Shown: in pieces, positions 1 through 10,347 of the stretch
How the letters are laid out: the number at the start of each line of letters is the position of its first letter
Position numbering within the stretch: the first letter of the stretch is position 1
Assembly: GCA_001777515.1 (NCBI GenBank)
Contig: MFEF01000003.1
Location: forward strand, 1 to 51,422
Length of the DNA: 51,422 nucleotides
Direction of reading: 5' to 3'
Source: Candidatus Doudnabacteria bacterium RIFCSPHIGHO2_01_48_18
GTDB taxonomy: Bacteria; Patescibacteriota; Doudnabacteria; UBA920; 2-01-FULL-46-14
The notes under the pieces: model-generated
What the model was told of the DNA's origin: nothing
The model's database searches: none
What the model saw: the letters and a program-made list of their open reading frames with translations, nothing else
Made by a program: the position numbers and the translations under genes

Positions 1-66
1 AATCCTCCTTCGACAAACTCTTAAATTAATCACCAGCCGCTCTGCCGACTTGTCGGCAAACCCAAA

Positions 67-92
67 ACCACCAGACCTTAGTCTGGTGGTCG
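67..92 (-). terminator. Hairpin downstream of the str-operon small ORF (possible terminator/processing stem)
   Basis: accaccagac-ctta-gtctggtggt inverted repeat, with no clear U-tract. A minus-strand SD (AAGGAGG) at positions 4-10 points to a further gene outside the window. Confidence 0.4.
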
Positions 93-101
93 GTTATTAT
101 T

Positions 102-443
102 CTAATCTAGTATTTCGTTGTTTGGCTCTATCGGTTCGACGCGGATATCGGGGTTCCCCGCAAACGTACTCGTTTGTGGGGTGATCATGAAATCTTCTTT
201 CATTACCTGCTCTCTTAGATCTTCTACCTGGGCGCGGGTTATTTGCTCATTGACTGCTTCCACTCGTTTCAGATCCACAGCCATCTTGCCGGCCAGTTTT
301 TCCACCATCAAGTCCTCGAAATCACCGTAGCCCATGAGCACGGCGGCTGGTTTGCCATCTTCAAAGAAAATGTATTTGCCGCCGGTGAGCTTGGCGATCT
401 GTATCAAATTTTTCAGCTGCCCGTCATTCATGAATTTATCCAC
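102..443 (-). CDS. Hypothetical protein, weakly Phd/YefM-like N-terminus
   Basis: 113-aa ORF overlapping the fusA stop. [16 protein letters not shown] resembles the Phd/YefM motif. Confidence 0.6.
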   Translation of the reverse strand: MDKFMNDGQLKNLIQIAKLTGGKYIFFEDGKPAAVLMGYGDFEDLMVEKLAGKMAVDLKRVEAVNEQITRAQVEDLREQVMKEDFMITPQTSTFAGNPDIRVEPIEPNNEILD

Positions 444-2562
444 CGACCTGGCCGACGCGAATCTTCGCGCCTTCGCCGATTATTTTTTCCGCGACATTCT
501 TTGGCACCTCAGAGTAATGAGAAAATTCCATGGTGTATGAAGCTTGCCCCTGAGACATGGATCTGATTGTTGTAGCGTAACCAAACATGCTGCCGAGCGG
601 AACTGTCGCGGTGATGACTTTGTTTTTGCCGCGGTCGCCCATTTCCTTGATCTCGCCGCGCTTGGCGGAGATATCGCCCATCACATCGCCCATGAACTCC
701 TCGGGGGTAATAACCTCAACCCTCATGATCGGCTCGAGAATTACCGGCTCGGCTCTGCGCATGCCATCCTGGAATGCTTTGGACCCTGCGATCTTGAAAG
801 CGATTTCTGAAGAGTCAACCTCGTGGAAAGACCCATCATAGAGAGCGGCTTTGAAATCAACAACTGGGAAACCAGCGATAACGCCATTGTCCGCGGCTTC
901 CATCACGCCCTTGCCGACAGCCGGAATGTATTCTTTGGGGATGACACCGCCCACGATTTCATCCACGAACTCGCGGCCTTTGCCCGGCTCCTGCGGCTCG
1001 AGCCTCAACCAAACGTGTCCATATTGACCGCGACCCCCCGTCTGGCGGATGTATTTACCTTCCACCTCAACAGTTTTCTTGAAGGTTTCTTTGTATGCCA
1101 CCTGAGGCGCGCCAACGTTTGCTTCCACCTTGAACTCGCGCTTCATGCGGTCCACGATAATCTCCAAGTGGAGTTCGCCCATACCTTCGATGATGGTCTG
1201 GCCCGTCTCTTCGTTGGATTTAATATGAAAAGTCGGATCTTCTTCGCCAAGCTTCTGGAGCGCAATACCCATTTTTTCCTGGTCAGCCTTGGTCTTGGGC
1301 TCAATAGCCTGCGAGATAACCGGCTCTGGGAAGGTGATGGATTCGAGCACGATCGGCTTATCGTCGCTGCAAAGCGTGTCGCCGGTAAAGGTGGCTTTGG
1401 GTCCGACGAGCGCGGCAATGTCGCCAGCAAAAACTTCTTTGATTTCTTCGCGGCTGTTGGCATGCATGCGTACGATACGGCCCACGCGTTCCTTGTTTCC
1501 GGACCTCGCGTTGAGGACATACGAACCAGCAGCTAACGTTCCAGAATATACCCGGAAAAAAGCCAGCTTTCCGACGAACGGATCAGTGGCGATTTTGAAA
1601 GCCAGCGCGGAAAATGGCTCGCTGTCCTCGGGCTTTCGTTCGATTTCGTTTTGCGTGTTCGGATCGATACCCCTTACAGATCCCTTATCATTCGGGTTTG
1701 GCAGGAAATTGGTAACAGCATCGAGAATCGTTTGCACGATGATGCCGCGGCCATCCCCGCCGAGCACTGGGAAAAATTTGCCGCCTTGAGTGGCTTTTCT
1801 GATCGCTGACAAAAACTCGGTTTCTGTAACGTCGCCGCCGGCCAGGTATTTTTCCATCAGCGCATCGTCTGATTCGACAACTTTTTCAAGAAGACTATGT
1901 CGGTACTCTTCAGCCTTAGTTTTGAGATCAGCGGGGATATCTATCTGAGTCAGATCTTTGTCAGTGTAATCCTTGTATACATAACCTTTCATCTGCACCA
2001 GGTCAATGTAGCCGGAGACTTCTTTTTCAAAACCAATCGGAATCTGAATCGGAAACGCGTCTTCGGACAAACGCTTGTGAATCGAATCTAAACTCTTGTA
2101 AAAATCGCCGCCGGTCTGGTTGATCTTGTTGATAAAACACATGCGCGGCACATGGTATTTGTCAGCCTGGCGCCACACAGTTTCGGACTGCGGCTCCACG
2201 CCCATTTTGCCGTCAAAAACCACGACCGCTCCGTCCAGCACGCGCAAGGAGCGTTCTACCTCAACGGTAAAATCCACGTGCCCTGGGGTATCGATGATGT
2301 TGATCTTGTGCTTTACGTCACCCACGAGCTTGTTGTATTTTGGGGTCCAGTAGCACGTCACGGCGGCGGCCGTGATGGTGATGCCGCGCTCGCGCTCCTG
2401 TTCCATCCAGTCAGTCGTGGTTTCACCCTCGTGGACAGCGCCAATCGTGTGCTTGAGGCCGGTGTTATAGAGAATACCTTCGGTCACAGTCGTCTTACCC
2501 GCATCGATATGCGCAATAATTCCTATATTTCTAGTTTGCTCTATTGGAGTCTCTCGAGGCAT
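436..2562 (-). CDS. fusA: Elongation factor G
   Basis: [32 protein letters not shown] motifs; follows rpsL-rpsG. Confidence 0.99.
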   Translation of the reverse strand: MPRETPIEQTRNIGIIAHIDAGKTTVTEGILYNTGLKHTIGAVHEGETTTDWMEQERERGITITAAAVTCYWTPKYNKLVGDVKHKINIIDTPGHVDFTVEVERSLRVLDGAVVVFDGKMGVEPQSETVWRQADKYHVPRMCFINKINQTGGDFYKSLDSIHKRLSEDAFPIQIPIGFEKEVSGYIDLVQMKGYVYKDYTDKDLTQIDIPADLKTKAEEYRHSLLEKVVESDDALMEKYLAGGDVTETEFLSAIRKATQGGKFFPVLGGDGRGIIVQTILDAVTNFLPNPNDKGSVRGIDPNTQNEIERKPEDSEPFSALAFKIATDPFVGKLAFFRVYSGTLAAGSYVLNARSGNKERVGRIVRMHANSREEIKEVFAGDIAALVGPKATFTGDTLCSDDKPIVLESITFPEPVISQAIEPKTKADQEKMGIALQKLGEEDPTFHIKSNEETGQTIIEGMGELHLEIIVDRMKREFKVEANVGAPQVAYKETFKKTVEVEGKYIRQTGGRGQYGHVWLRLEPQEPGKGREFVDEIVGGVIPKEYIPAVGKGVMEAADNGVIAGFPVVDFKAALYDGSFHEVDSSEIAFKIAGSKAFQDGMRRAEPVILEPIMRVEVITPEEFMGDVMGDISAKRGEIKEMGDRGKNKVITATVPLGSMFGYATTIRSMSQGQASYTMEFSHYSEVPKNVAEKIIGEGAKIRVGQVGG

Positions 2563-2648
2563 CCCTCACCCTTTCTTTTCGTTATTCATAACCTTGGAAT
2601 TTTTTATCATAAATAATCTGGTCCCAAACCCCGTGAAAGGATGAGGGA

Positions 2649-3134
2649 TTATTTTCTCTGGAACCTTGCGAAATGAGCGAACGCACGGTTAGCTTCCGCC
2701 ATTTTGTGCGTGTCTTCGCGCTTCTTGATGGCGGCTCCTTCATTTTTGTAGGCCGACATAATTTCGTCGCCAAGCTTGATGTGCATGGGTTTGCCTTTTT
2801 GGCTGCGAGCGGCCGCGATCAGCCAGCGCATGCCAAGCGTGGTTTTGCGCGGTTCCACAACCTCGAGCGGCACCTGGTAGTTGGCACCGCCAATGCGTCG
2901 GCTTTTCACCTCAAGGATCGGGCTGACGTTTTTGAGAGCAGCATCAAAAATCTGGCGCGGTTCCGAGTTCATCTTTTCTTTGATGTAGTTAAAAGATTCA
3001 TAAACAATTTTCTGGGCCACGGTTTTCTTGCCGCGCTCCATGATGTTGTTGATAAACTTGGCAACCTTGACATTGTTATATTTCGGATCTGGATCGATCT
3101 TATTTTTTTTGTATGATCTAGCTTTCCTAGGCAT
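2649..3134 (-). CDS. rpsG: 30S ribosomal protein S7
   Basis: EVKSRRIGGANYQVP, HKMAEANRAFAH. Confidence 0.99.
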   Translation of the reverse strand: MPRKARSYKKNKIDPDPKYNNVKVAKFINNIMERGKKTVAQKIVYESFNYIKEKMNSEPRQIFDAALKNVSPILEVKSRRIGGANYQVPLEVVEPRKTTLGMRWLIAAARSQKGKPMHIKLGDEIMSAYKNEGAAIKKREDTHKMAEANRAFAHFARFQRK

Positions 3135-3137
3135 GTG

Positions 3138-3165
3138 TTACTTGTTACTCGTTATTAGTTACTTG
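3138..3165. repeat. Heptamer tandem repeat (TTAYTHG)x4
   Basis: ttacttg ttactcg ttattag ttacttg between rpsL and rpsG. 18 bp are identical to 22184-22201. Confidence 0.7.
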
Positions 3166-3173
3166 TTCGCGAG

Positions 3174-3590
3174 CTATTTGGGTCTCTTTGCTCCGTATTT
3201 ACTGCGACCGCGTCTGCGCGCCTCGACACCGGCAGCGTCAAGCTTTCCTCTCACAATGTGATAGCGCACGCCAGGCAAATCTTTGACCCTGCCGCCTCTG
3301 ATCATAACCACAGAGTGCTCCTGCAGATTATGACCAACGCCGGGAATATAAGCGGTGACTTCCATGCCGTTAGTGAGACGGACACGGGCGATCTTCCGCA
3401 AAGCAGAGTTCGGTTTCTTTGGCGTGGTCGTGGTGACCTTGAGACAGACGCCGCGCTTGAATGGACTGCCAAATTTGAGCGGCACGGGCTTGTTATGGAT
3501 CAAATTCAAAGCTCGCATCATGGCCGGTGATTTGGATTTGACCTTGAGCGGTTTGCGTTTTTTTCTGATTAACTGATTGATGGTTGGCAC
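3174..3590 (-). CDS. rpsL: 30S ribosomal protein S12
   Basis: [24 protein letters not shown]. Confidence 0.99.
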   Translation of the reverse strand: MPTINQLIRKKRKPLKVKSKSPAMMRALNLIHNKPVPLKFGSPFKRGVCLKVTTTTPKKPNSALRKIARVRLTNGMEVTAYIPGVGHNLQEHSVVMIRGGRVKDLPGVRYHIVRGKLDAAGVEARRRGRSKYGAKRPK

Positions 3591-3769
3591 AATTTTCCTT
3601 TGTTAATTAGTCACTCGCAGGCGTAATAAAAACTGACGGACTGTCAGTTCTCGCCTATTTCGTTTACCTGGTACTCTCCCGAAACCGCGGGATTTACGTT
3701 CCCAAATAAATCGACTGAAAAAGTGATTTCTCCGCCTCAGGCGGAGAGGTTTCTTATTCAATTAACGGT

Positions 3770-3798
3770 ATTATACTAGCCAAATACTACCCTGTCAA
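3770..3798 (-). promoter_or_regulatory. Consensus sigma70 promoter of the str operon
   Basis: Minus strand TTGACA-17 nt-TATAAT, about 180 nt upstream of rpsL. Confidence 0.85.
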
Positions 3799-3887
3799 CA
3801 ACGAAGGTTTGCGCGGTCATCGCTTGATTTTTGAACTGCTTTGTGGGAATCTTGGGACAGTACAAACCACGCCTAAAGGAGGTTGTG

Positions 3888-5417
3888 ATGAAAAAACTAC
3901 GAGTAGTGATTCTCAAGCCGAGTAAATACGGGACAGACGGCTCTGTCCAGCGGTTTCGGCGTGGTTTTATGCCGAATACGACCGTTCCCTATATTCGCAG
4001 CATGACCCCGCAAATGATCGATGATGTTGTGGTTGAAACGCAGACAATCGACGAATATGTGCAAACAGATTTGCGCTACCTCGATCTTTTGAGATCAGAT
4101 GAACCGACCTTGCTGGCTCTTGTCGGCGTCCAGTCTCATCAATTTCACCGCGCACTTGATCTGGGGGCGTATGCTCTCAAACATAAAGTGCGGCATGTCG
4201 TGATCGGCGGGCCGCATCCCATGACCTGCGACACCAGCATGCTGCACAATCGCGGCGTATCATTCGCGCTCGCGGAAGCAGAAATGATCTGGCCGGCTAT
4301 CCTCCGAGACGCGATTCGCGGCCAGCTGCAGCCAGTCTATGGAAAAGGGCAGCGCTGGCAAAAGGAATTATCACCGCTGATAATGCAGCCGCCCAGCAGC
4401 CAGGACATGAAGCGCTATGTTGTGCCTCTTCTTGGCATATACCCCGCGCGCGGTTGCCCTTATACCTGCAACTTTTGCTCGGTGATCAAAATCGCCGGGC
4501 GGCAGGTCAGAAGCGTGGACGTTGACACGATAATGGCCACTCTCTGGGCAGCAAAAAAGGCGGGAATCCAATTCGTCTTGTTTACTTCGGACAATTTCAA
4601 CAAATATGCTGATGCCCCTGCCCTTCTCAATCAAATGATCAGGGAAAAAATCGATCTGCCGTTTATGTGCCAGTGCGACACGCAGGTGTCAAAGCAGGAA
4701 GATTTCATCGAGCTGTTGGGACGCGCTGGGTGTTTTCAGATGTTTGTTGGCGTGGAATCCCTCAACCGGCAAACTCTGCTGAAGGCGCACAAAACCCAGA
4801 ATCACCCTCAGCGCTACGCCGACATTGTCCGCCTTGTGCACAAATACGGGTTCAATGGACATTTCTCCAACATCATTGGCTTTCCTGACGACACTGAACA
4901 AAGCTGCCACGAGCACATGGCGATCATCAAAGAGTTAAGTCCCGGTGCCGTATCTTGTTACATTCTCTGCCCATTGCCAGGGACGGAGCAATACGATGAT
5001 TTTCGCGCCGAAGATTTAGTCTATGAAAAAAATCTGGATCGGTTCGATGCCACTTGCCCTACCTGGAGCCATCCAAACCTTTCGCCTGAACAACTCACCA
5101 ATCTGATGTTCGAGTTCTATCGGACATTCTACTCCGATGAGCGTCTGATCAGAAGCTTCACCACTAGAAACCGCCGGATGAGCTGGCAGTCAGATTTGAT
5201 TGCCCGAATTTTTCCAGTATTCAACCGTTATTCGGTCTGGAGAGGCCTGCACCCTATGGCCGGTGGATTCTGGGATATCAAACGGGATCATGTTTCTGAA
5301 TACCTGGATGTGCGCCGGCAGTATTACGGTTACGAGCATGTCCCCTTGCCAGCCAGCCTGCGTCTGTCAGAAATTGATGAAAAAATGAACGGCAACGTAA
5401 AACTCGTGCTCGCCTAA
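3888..5417 (+). CDS. B12-binding radical SAM protein
   Basis: RGCPYTCNFC (CxxxCxxC), VVIGGPH cobalamin-domain motif, GVES. AAGGAGG SD before ATG 3888. Confidence 0.9.
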   Translation: MKKLRVVILKPSKYGTDGSVQRFRRGFMPNTTVPYIRSMTPQMIDDVVVETQTIDEYVQTDLRYLDLLRSDEPTLLALVGVQSHQFHRALDLGAYALKHKVRHVVIGGPHPMTCDTSMLHNRGVSFALAEAEMIWPAILRDAIRGQLQPVYGKGQRWQKELSPLIMQPPSSQDMKRYVVPLLGIYPARGCPYTCNFCSVIKIAGRQVRSVDVDTIMATLWAAKKAGIQFVLFTSDNFNKYADAPALLNQMIREKIDLPFMCQCDTQVSKQEDFIELLGRAGCFQMFVGVESLNRQTLLKAHKTQNHPQRYADIVRLVHKYGFNGHFSNIIGFPDDTEQSCHEHMAIIKELSPGAVSCYILCPLPGTEQYDDFRAEDLVYEKNLDRFDATCPTWSHPNLSPEQLTNLMFEFYRTFYSDERLIRSFTTRNRRMSWQSDLIARIFPVFNRYSVWRGLHPMAGGFWDIKRDHVSEYLDVRRQYYGYEHVPLPASLRLSEIDEKMNGNVKLVLA

Positions 5418-5438
5418 TAGGGCGAGCACTACAAATCA

Positions 5439-5473
5439 AAAAGGCCTCTAAGCTTCACGCTTGCCGGCCTTTT
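5439..5473. terminator. Bidirectional terminator-like hairpin
   Basis: aaaaggcc...ggcctttt between convergent genes. Confidence 0.55.
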
Positions 5474-5477
5474 ATTT

Positions 5478-6134
5478 TTATCCAATCGGAAAACCCAAAA
5501 TCAGCGCTGATATAAAACGAAAAATCGGAAATACAACAATCGGCAACATTCCTGAAAGCAAAAGCAAGATGAGAATAAAAAAACCAAATCGTTCAAATTC
5601 AAGCAACCGGTTTGCTTGCTCTTCCGGAAACAGGCTGGCGAATATTTTAAAGCCATCGAGCGGCGGTACCGGCAGCAGGTTGAAAATCGCAAGGCTCAGG
5701 TTCACTGCCGTCGCAAGCAGCAAGAACTCAAAACTACCAGTACCAGGCGCCACCTGTCCCAGCCTGATCGGCAGCGCGAAACAAATCGCCAAAAGCAGAT
5801 TGGAACCAGGCCCTGCAAGCGAAACAAGCGCCATATCTCGCTTTGGTTTTTTCAGATTGAAATAATTGACTGGCACAGGCTTGGCCATGCCAAGCATCAT
5901 CCGCGGCGGCAGAAATGTTCCGGTTTGCAAAAAATACAAAATAGATGGCGCAAAAAACATCAACGGCAAAATAATCGAGCCAAAAGGATCAATGTGGGGT
6001 ATAGGATTAAGGGTCAGGCGCCCCGCGATTTTAGCGGTGTCATCCCCCAGCCGGTAAGCCATAACGCCGTGGCAAACCTCGTGGATAACCGCGGAAAACA
6101 GCAGAATGATTAATATGATAATGATTTCCATCAT
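5478..6134 (-). CDS. Site-2 protease (M50 family)
   Basis: HEVCH, AGPGSN, FNLLPVPPLDG, hydrophobic segments. Confidence 0.95.
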   Translation of the reverse strand: MMEIIIILIILLFSAVIHEVCHGVMAYRLGDDTAKIAGRLTLNPIPHIDPFGSIILPLMFFAPSILYFLQTGTFLPPRMMLGMAKPVPVNYFNLKKPKRDMALVSLAGPGSNLLLAICFALPIRLGQVAPGTGSFEFLLLATAVNLSLAIFNLLPVPPLDGFKIFASLFPEEQANRLLEFERFGFFILILLLLSGMLPIVVFPIFRFISALILGFPIG

Positions 6135-6211
6135 GGGTCTTTGGGGCGGTCTTTACAGCCGAATGATTTTAGCTTATACTTAGCAAAGTAATTTATTTAT
6201 AGATATTTCCA

Positions 6212-6418
6212 ATGGTCAGTCCTAACAAATCCTGCAAAATCTGCGGCAAAGGTTATAAAAGAATTTTTAGCCGATCCCACTCGATGCAGAGAACAATCAA
6301 ACGGCAACAGGTCAATCTCCAGTGGCTCACGATTGGTCCTGCAAAACGCATCAAGGCTTGCACTAAATGTATCAAATCTTTCACCGCAGGCAAAATTAAA
6401 CAGCTGCAGCCAGCCTAA
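6212..6418 (+). CDS. rpmB: 50S ribosomal protein L28
   Basis: CKICGK...SHSMQRTIKRQQVNLQ...CTKCIKS. Confidence 0.9.
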   Translation: MVSPNKSCKICGKGYKRIFSRSHSMQRTIKRQQVNLQWLTIGPAKRIKACTKCIKSFTAGKIKQLQPA

Positions 6419-6448
6419 TATCCCGATTCTTGATCGGGATATTTTAAC

Positions 6449-7642
6449 ATGTTCGAACGGTTTACGAGACCAAAAAAAGCCTCACCTGTCGGCACTTACC
6501 GCGTCGATGTCATTTCTATTCCGGAAGAGCTTGATTTCCAGGAGCAGATGCCAATTGAGATTAGGTATATCCTGAAAAAAACTCCGGAATACAAAAACCG
6601 GATCAAAAAAATTCTGGGCGAAGGCAAGGCGATCGGGGTCAGGACTGTGCTGCGTACGCCGGAAAACATCTTGCAGGCCGTGCATACCATCAGCGTGCAC
6701 AGCCAGGCCAACTATATCATCACCTGGCTGCCGGAGCTGCTGCGCAACAAGCATCGGCCAAAATTTACGCAGACAGAGGTCATGAAAACTCGCGAGCGCG
6801 GCGAAAATCTCGAGGAAGCCGTGGAAGTAATTTTACGCGATCGTTTGCGCTTCAAAAAATTGGTTTTGATTGACGAAGAAAATATTGGCGTACAGCCCGA
6901 GGAGCAGCGGCTAATGACTGGGCTCAATGAAGTTATCTACCCGCTGGCAATAGACTATTCTGTGTTCCGGGTTGTGGCTGACAATGCCAGAGAACGCACC
7001 AGAATCGCGCAGGGCATCATCAAGGCGCTTTTAATCATCGGTCCGATCGCTCATTTTTTAGAAAAATTCCTGCCGGGCGCCGGTAAAGTTTTTACCGCTT
7101 CCGCAGACGATATTCTGGCGGAATCCGCGGAATTGTCAGCTCTGCGAGGAAGCGGATTTACCTGGCGGGAACTGGCTAAGCGAGCGCGAATTCTCGTGCC
7201 GGTTTTCGCGCTGGCGACCTGGGGCGCATTTTCCGTAGAGGGTTTGCTGCATGAAAATAAAATCATCATGGCCGGCGTGGTGTTTGGTCTGTCCGCGGTC
7301 GCGCTGTCTCTGACAACCGCGGTCCAGTCGTTTTTCATGTACCTTTCAAGCATTAAAAAAGTCGCGAGGGAAGGAAAAATCACTTCTTACGCTAACAGTT
7401 CTCTCGTGAGACTTGCGCTGCGGCAGGATTTTACTAACCCGGCTCGCCTCGGACTGCTCTTGGGCGCGGGCCTGGCGCCAATCATGGGTATCCTAGGCGC
7501 GGTCTCTGGCCTCATGCATAATGGCTGGGTTTTGGCTGCAATCGGTTCCACAGAATCGATCGTCGCGGGCATGACTGTTCTGTTTGCCGATTATCTCAAC
7601 GAGAAACGTTTTCACCGCCGTCTGACAAAACTCATCAGGTAA
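6449..7642 (+). CDS. Hypothetical membrane protein
   Basis: 397-aa ORF with soluble N-terminus and several C-terminal hydrophobic helices. Confidence 0.8.
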   Translation: MFERFTRPKKASPVGTYRVDVISIPEELDFQEQMPIEIRYILKKTPEYKNRIKKILGEGKAIGVRTVLRTPENILQAVHTISVHSQANYIITWLPELLRNKHRPKFTQTEVMKTRERGENLEEAVEVILRDRLRFKKLVLIDEENIGVQPEEQRLMTGLNEVIYPLAIDYSVFRVVADNARERTRIAQGIIKALLIIGPIAHFLEKFLPGAGKVFTASADDILAESAELSALRGSGFTWRELAKRARILVPVFALATWGAFSVEGLLHENKIIMAGVVFGLSAVALSLTTAVQSFFMYLSSIKKVAREGKITSYANSSLVRLALRQDFTNPARLGLLLGAGLAPIMGILGAVSGLMHNGWVLAAIGSTESIVAGMTVLFADYLNEKRFHRRLTKLIR

Positions 7643-7720
7643 ACCCCCGCACCAAAAAATCTGAATTAAACTCCAGCGTAGCAGAAGAAAATTTCTTAGA
7701 TTTTATGGTGTGGGGGTAAA
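7639..7720. mobile_element. GTAAA-flanked palindromic mini-element (variant)
   Basis: gtaaa-cccccgcacc...ggtgtgggg-gtaaa with inner aaaatct/agatttt arms. Confidence 0.6.
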
Positions 7721-8038
7721 TTCCAAAAACATTGACAGGTGATCAGAAGCCGCTACGTTCGGCACTGCAAAGCTTTTGACCTCAATGCCAGGTGAAACAA
7801 AAACATAATCTGCATGTTGAGCGATAAAATAGCTTGTAAACGCCGGCAGTGCGAATGCTAACTCTGCCAGCAAATTCGCTCGGCAGATTTTCTTTTCACC
7901 GTATGACTTCCGATCAGTTATGGTATCGAAAACTTCTTGAAAACAAAAAATATCAGTACTGGGCGCATATTGCCTGACAAAAGCCATCAACGGGTCAAAC
8001 TGCATGCCGCCCCAAACATTCAGGGAAACCAATTTCAT
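7703..8038 (-). pseudogene. Endonuclease/exonuclease/phosphatase family, internally deleted
   Basis: N-terminal SLNVWGG and DIFCFQEV are joined directly to C-terminal DYVFVS...SDH in 111 aa. The central GDFN region is missing. Confidence 0.75.
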
Positions 8039-8119
8039 TTTCTGATCATTTAAACGTGCTGTAGTAAGATTCGACTGTAGAATAGCAGGTGGCCTTCAGA
8101 TTCTCCTCAAGCATTTTAT

Positions 8120-9292
8120 TTATGAACAATGTTTAGTGATTATTTTGATCAAAATATCCGCGCCTGCTTTCACCATATCTTTGCCCATGATGAGCGGCGG
8201 GCTGAAAAACAATGTTTCCGCTGATGCCGAATCTATCACAAGCCCGCTATCTAGGACGTCTGCAAGGATTTTTTGCAACAGGCTTTTATCAGACAGTTCA
8301 ATAGCCATTAGCATGCCAATCCCTCGCACCTCTTTTACTTTGGAGAGATTTTCCAGCGGCTTTAGCAGTGCCAATAAAGATCTTCCCATCTTATCAGCGT
8401 TTTCCCACAATTTGTGTTCCAAAACCAGCTCAACATTCGCCTTAGCAAGGAGCATGTCATTTGGCAGCCAGCCAAAGGTCGAGTAGTAAGGAAAATATCC
8501 TTTGAGTTTAAAAATTTTATTTGCCATTTCTTCCGTGACAAGCACCGCCCCGATTGTCGCGTAACCCCCGGAAAAGCCCTTAGCCAGACACATAATGTCC
8601 GGCTCGAGATTCCAATGTTCGGAGGCAAACAGTCTACCGGTTCGGCCAAATCCTGTAGCAACCTCATCCATAATAAAAACTATCCCGTTAGTTTTGCAAA
8701 TCTTTGCGAGGCGCGGATAAAAATCCGCGGGTGGAATCTTTACTCCGGCATTGGTAAAAATCGGCTCACTCAAAAACGCAGCCACGTTGCCGCCCTCCGC
8801 GATTTGTTCAAACCTAGCAATAACCTCGTCAGCGGTTTTTTCATGAGGCATGGCAATCTTTTCCATTTCCCCTACCCCCGGCGAGATATCCGGGGTCAAA
8901 GCTACGCCCACGGATGCGGCGCCATAGGTGTGCCCATGGTAGACGCCGTCAATGGAAACGATTTTTTTCTTGCCGGTTGCGGCCCGGGCGATCTTCATAG
9001 CCAGCTCGACGGCCTCGGAACCGCTGGTACAGCGGAATGAAACCTGCAATTTCCCGGGAGCGATATCAGCTAAAAACCTGGCAAAATTTTCCCACTCCGG
9101 CCACGAGTAAGACGGTGGAATATAAACTCCAGAATTTTTTAGCGCCATCATTTTTGGGTGCCTCCAACCTACGGTGGAAACACACCAACCGCCCAAAAAA
9201 TCTAAATATCTTTTACCGTTCTTATCAATCAAAAAACAGCCGTCACCATCAACGAAATCAGTCGTATCGCCATAATCAGCTAAGTATTTCAT
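8120..9292 (-). CDS. Class III PLP-dependent aminotransferase (ArgD/RocD-like)
   Basis: SGSEAVE, YHGHT, DEVATGFGRTG, PDIMCLAKGFSGG. Confidence 0.93.
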   Translation of the reverse strand: MKYLADYGDTTDFVDGDGCFLIDKNGKRYLDFLGGWCVSTVGWRHPKMMALKNSGVYIPPSYSWPEWENFARFLADIAPGKLQVSFRCTSGSEAVELAMKIARAATGKKKIVSIDGVYHGHTYGAASVGVALTPDISPGVGEMEKIAMPHEKTADEVIARFEQIAEGGNVAAFLSEPIFTNAGVKIPPADFYPRLAKICKTNGIVFIMDEVATGFGRTGRLFASEHWNLEPDIMCLAKGFSGGYATIGAVLVTEEMANKIFKLKGYFPYYSTFGWLPNDMLLAKANVELVLEHKLWENADKMGRSLLALLKPLENLSKVKEVRGIGMLMAIELSDKSLLQKILADVLDSGLVIDSASAETLFFSPPLIMGKDMVKAGADILIKIITKHCS

Positions 9293-9305
9293 AAGTAGTC
9301 CTTTA

Positions 9306-9376
9306 TCGGGCTGCCGAGAATCGAACTCGGACTACATGCACCCCATGCATGCGTACTACCACTATACGACAGCCCG
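9306..9376 (-). tRNA. tRNA-Pro(GGG)
   Basis: CGGGCTG acceptor stem, CATGC-AT GGG GT-GCATG anticodon arm, GTTCGATTC T-loop. CCA is not encoded. Confidence 0.93.
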
Positions 9377-9425
9377 ATCACATGTGAATTGGAAAGTCAT
9401 CTAATTTTATCATCTGTTGGTAAAT

Positions 9426-9464
9426 AAAAAAAGCGAGCGATTGACGGTTGGGTCAATCGCTCGC
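9426..9464 (-). terminator. Rho-independent terminator
   Basis: 13-bp perfect stem gcgagcgattgac/gtcaatcgctcgc followed by a U-tract on the minus strand. Confidence 0.8.
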
Positions 9465-9474
9465 ACACAAAACC

Positions 9475-9723
9475 TCAGGTTTCGGCGGCGAGATTTTTCA
9501 GCGGAACAACCGGCGTTCCCATTTCGAGAATCGTTTCGATCTCACGCAGCTTTAAATCCATGTCATGGTAATTCTTATGCATCAGTACGGTGCCTGTCTC
9601 GTGATCGAGTCGGGCGCCAAGATTCTGCATATTTTCCAGCAACCTGCCACGCAAGCTCTGAAGATCTGTTGTCTCCATTTTGTGAAGGGGGACCCTAGGA
9701 ACTCTTCTATATTTTTTTTGCAT
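9475..9723 (-). CDS. Hypothetical protein
   Basis: 82-aa ORF with AAGGGG SD and a terminator directly downstream. Confidence 0.55.
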   Translation of the reverse strand: MQKKYRRVPRVPLHKMETTDLQSLRGRLLENMQNLGARLDHETGTVLMHKNYHDMDLKLREIETILEMGTPVVPLKNLAAET

Positions 9724-9736
9724 CGGCTATTCCCCT

Positions 9737-9916
9737 TTAGCGGGCGAAATAACTTCGATCTGCCTGCGCTTCTTTCTGATCGAGAATTCGTTCTTCCCGA
9801 CGTTTGAGAACATGCCGGCGATGATCCGAAAGCGCTTCTGCGGCACGCCTGCTGACACGTCGTAATTCCGCGTTCAGCTTTCGCTGTGACCTGTTCATGT
9901 ACTTCTTTTGGCTCAT
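9737..9916 (-). CDS. Small basic hypothetical protein
   Basis: ATG at 9916 with GAAGGA SD; Arg/Lys rich. Confidence 0.45.
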   Translation of the reverse strand: MSQKKYMNRSQRKLNAELRRVSRRAAEALSDHRRHVLKRREERILDQKEAQADRSYFAR

Positions 9917-10024
9917 TCTAAACCGTCCTTCAGAAAGTTGTCCAAAATTAGTGCGATATCTATCGCACCGCCTTGTTTCAAAATCCTCCTCAAGATTGAA
10001 AATTGTACTCCTTGTTAACCTAAG

Positions 10025-10093
10025 TGGGGACGATGGGTTCGAACCCATGTGCCTTCTCTGCAAGAGCAGTGACCGTCTTCTGTCCACGTCCCC
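10025..10093 (-). tRNA. Atypical tRNA-like element (UGC anticodon, Ala-like/pseudo)
   Basis: GGGGACG/CGTCCCC-A acceptor, GAC/GTC D-stem, CTC-TTGCA-GAG, ATGGG-TTCGAA-CCCAT T-arm. Several features are non-canonical. Confidence 0.55.
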
Positions 10094-10347
10094 TTATAAA
10101 ACCAAAATCCGCTTTTGCGGCGGACTTGGGTCTTTTTGCTGCGGATCAGTATTGATTTCCTCTATGACACAAGTCGCCGTCTGGGATAAATAGCAAACTT
10201 AATGAGACCGGAGTGAATCGGTTTCATTGTTGCCGCGTATTTTCGCCAGACATTGCTCATATAATAGCGCAGAAATTAATACTTAATGGCAATGGTATCA
10301 GCAGTAACAACAGTAGTCAAGCAGCCATCCACAGCTTTTCCACACTT

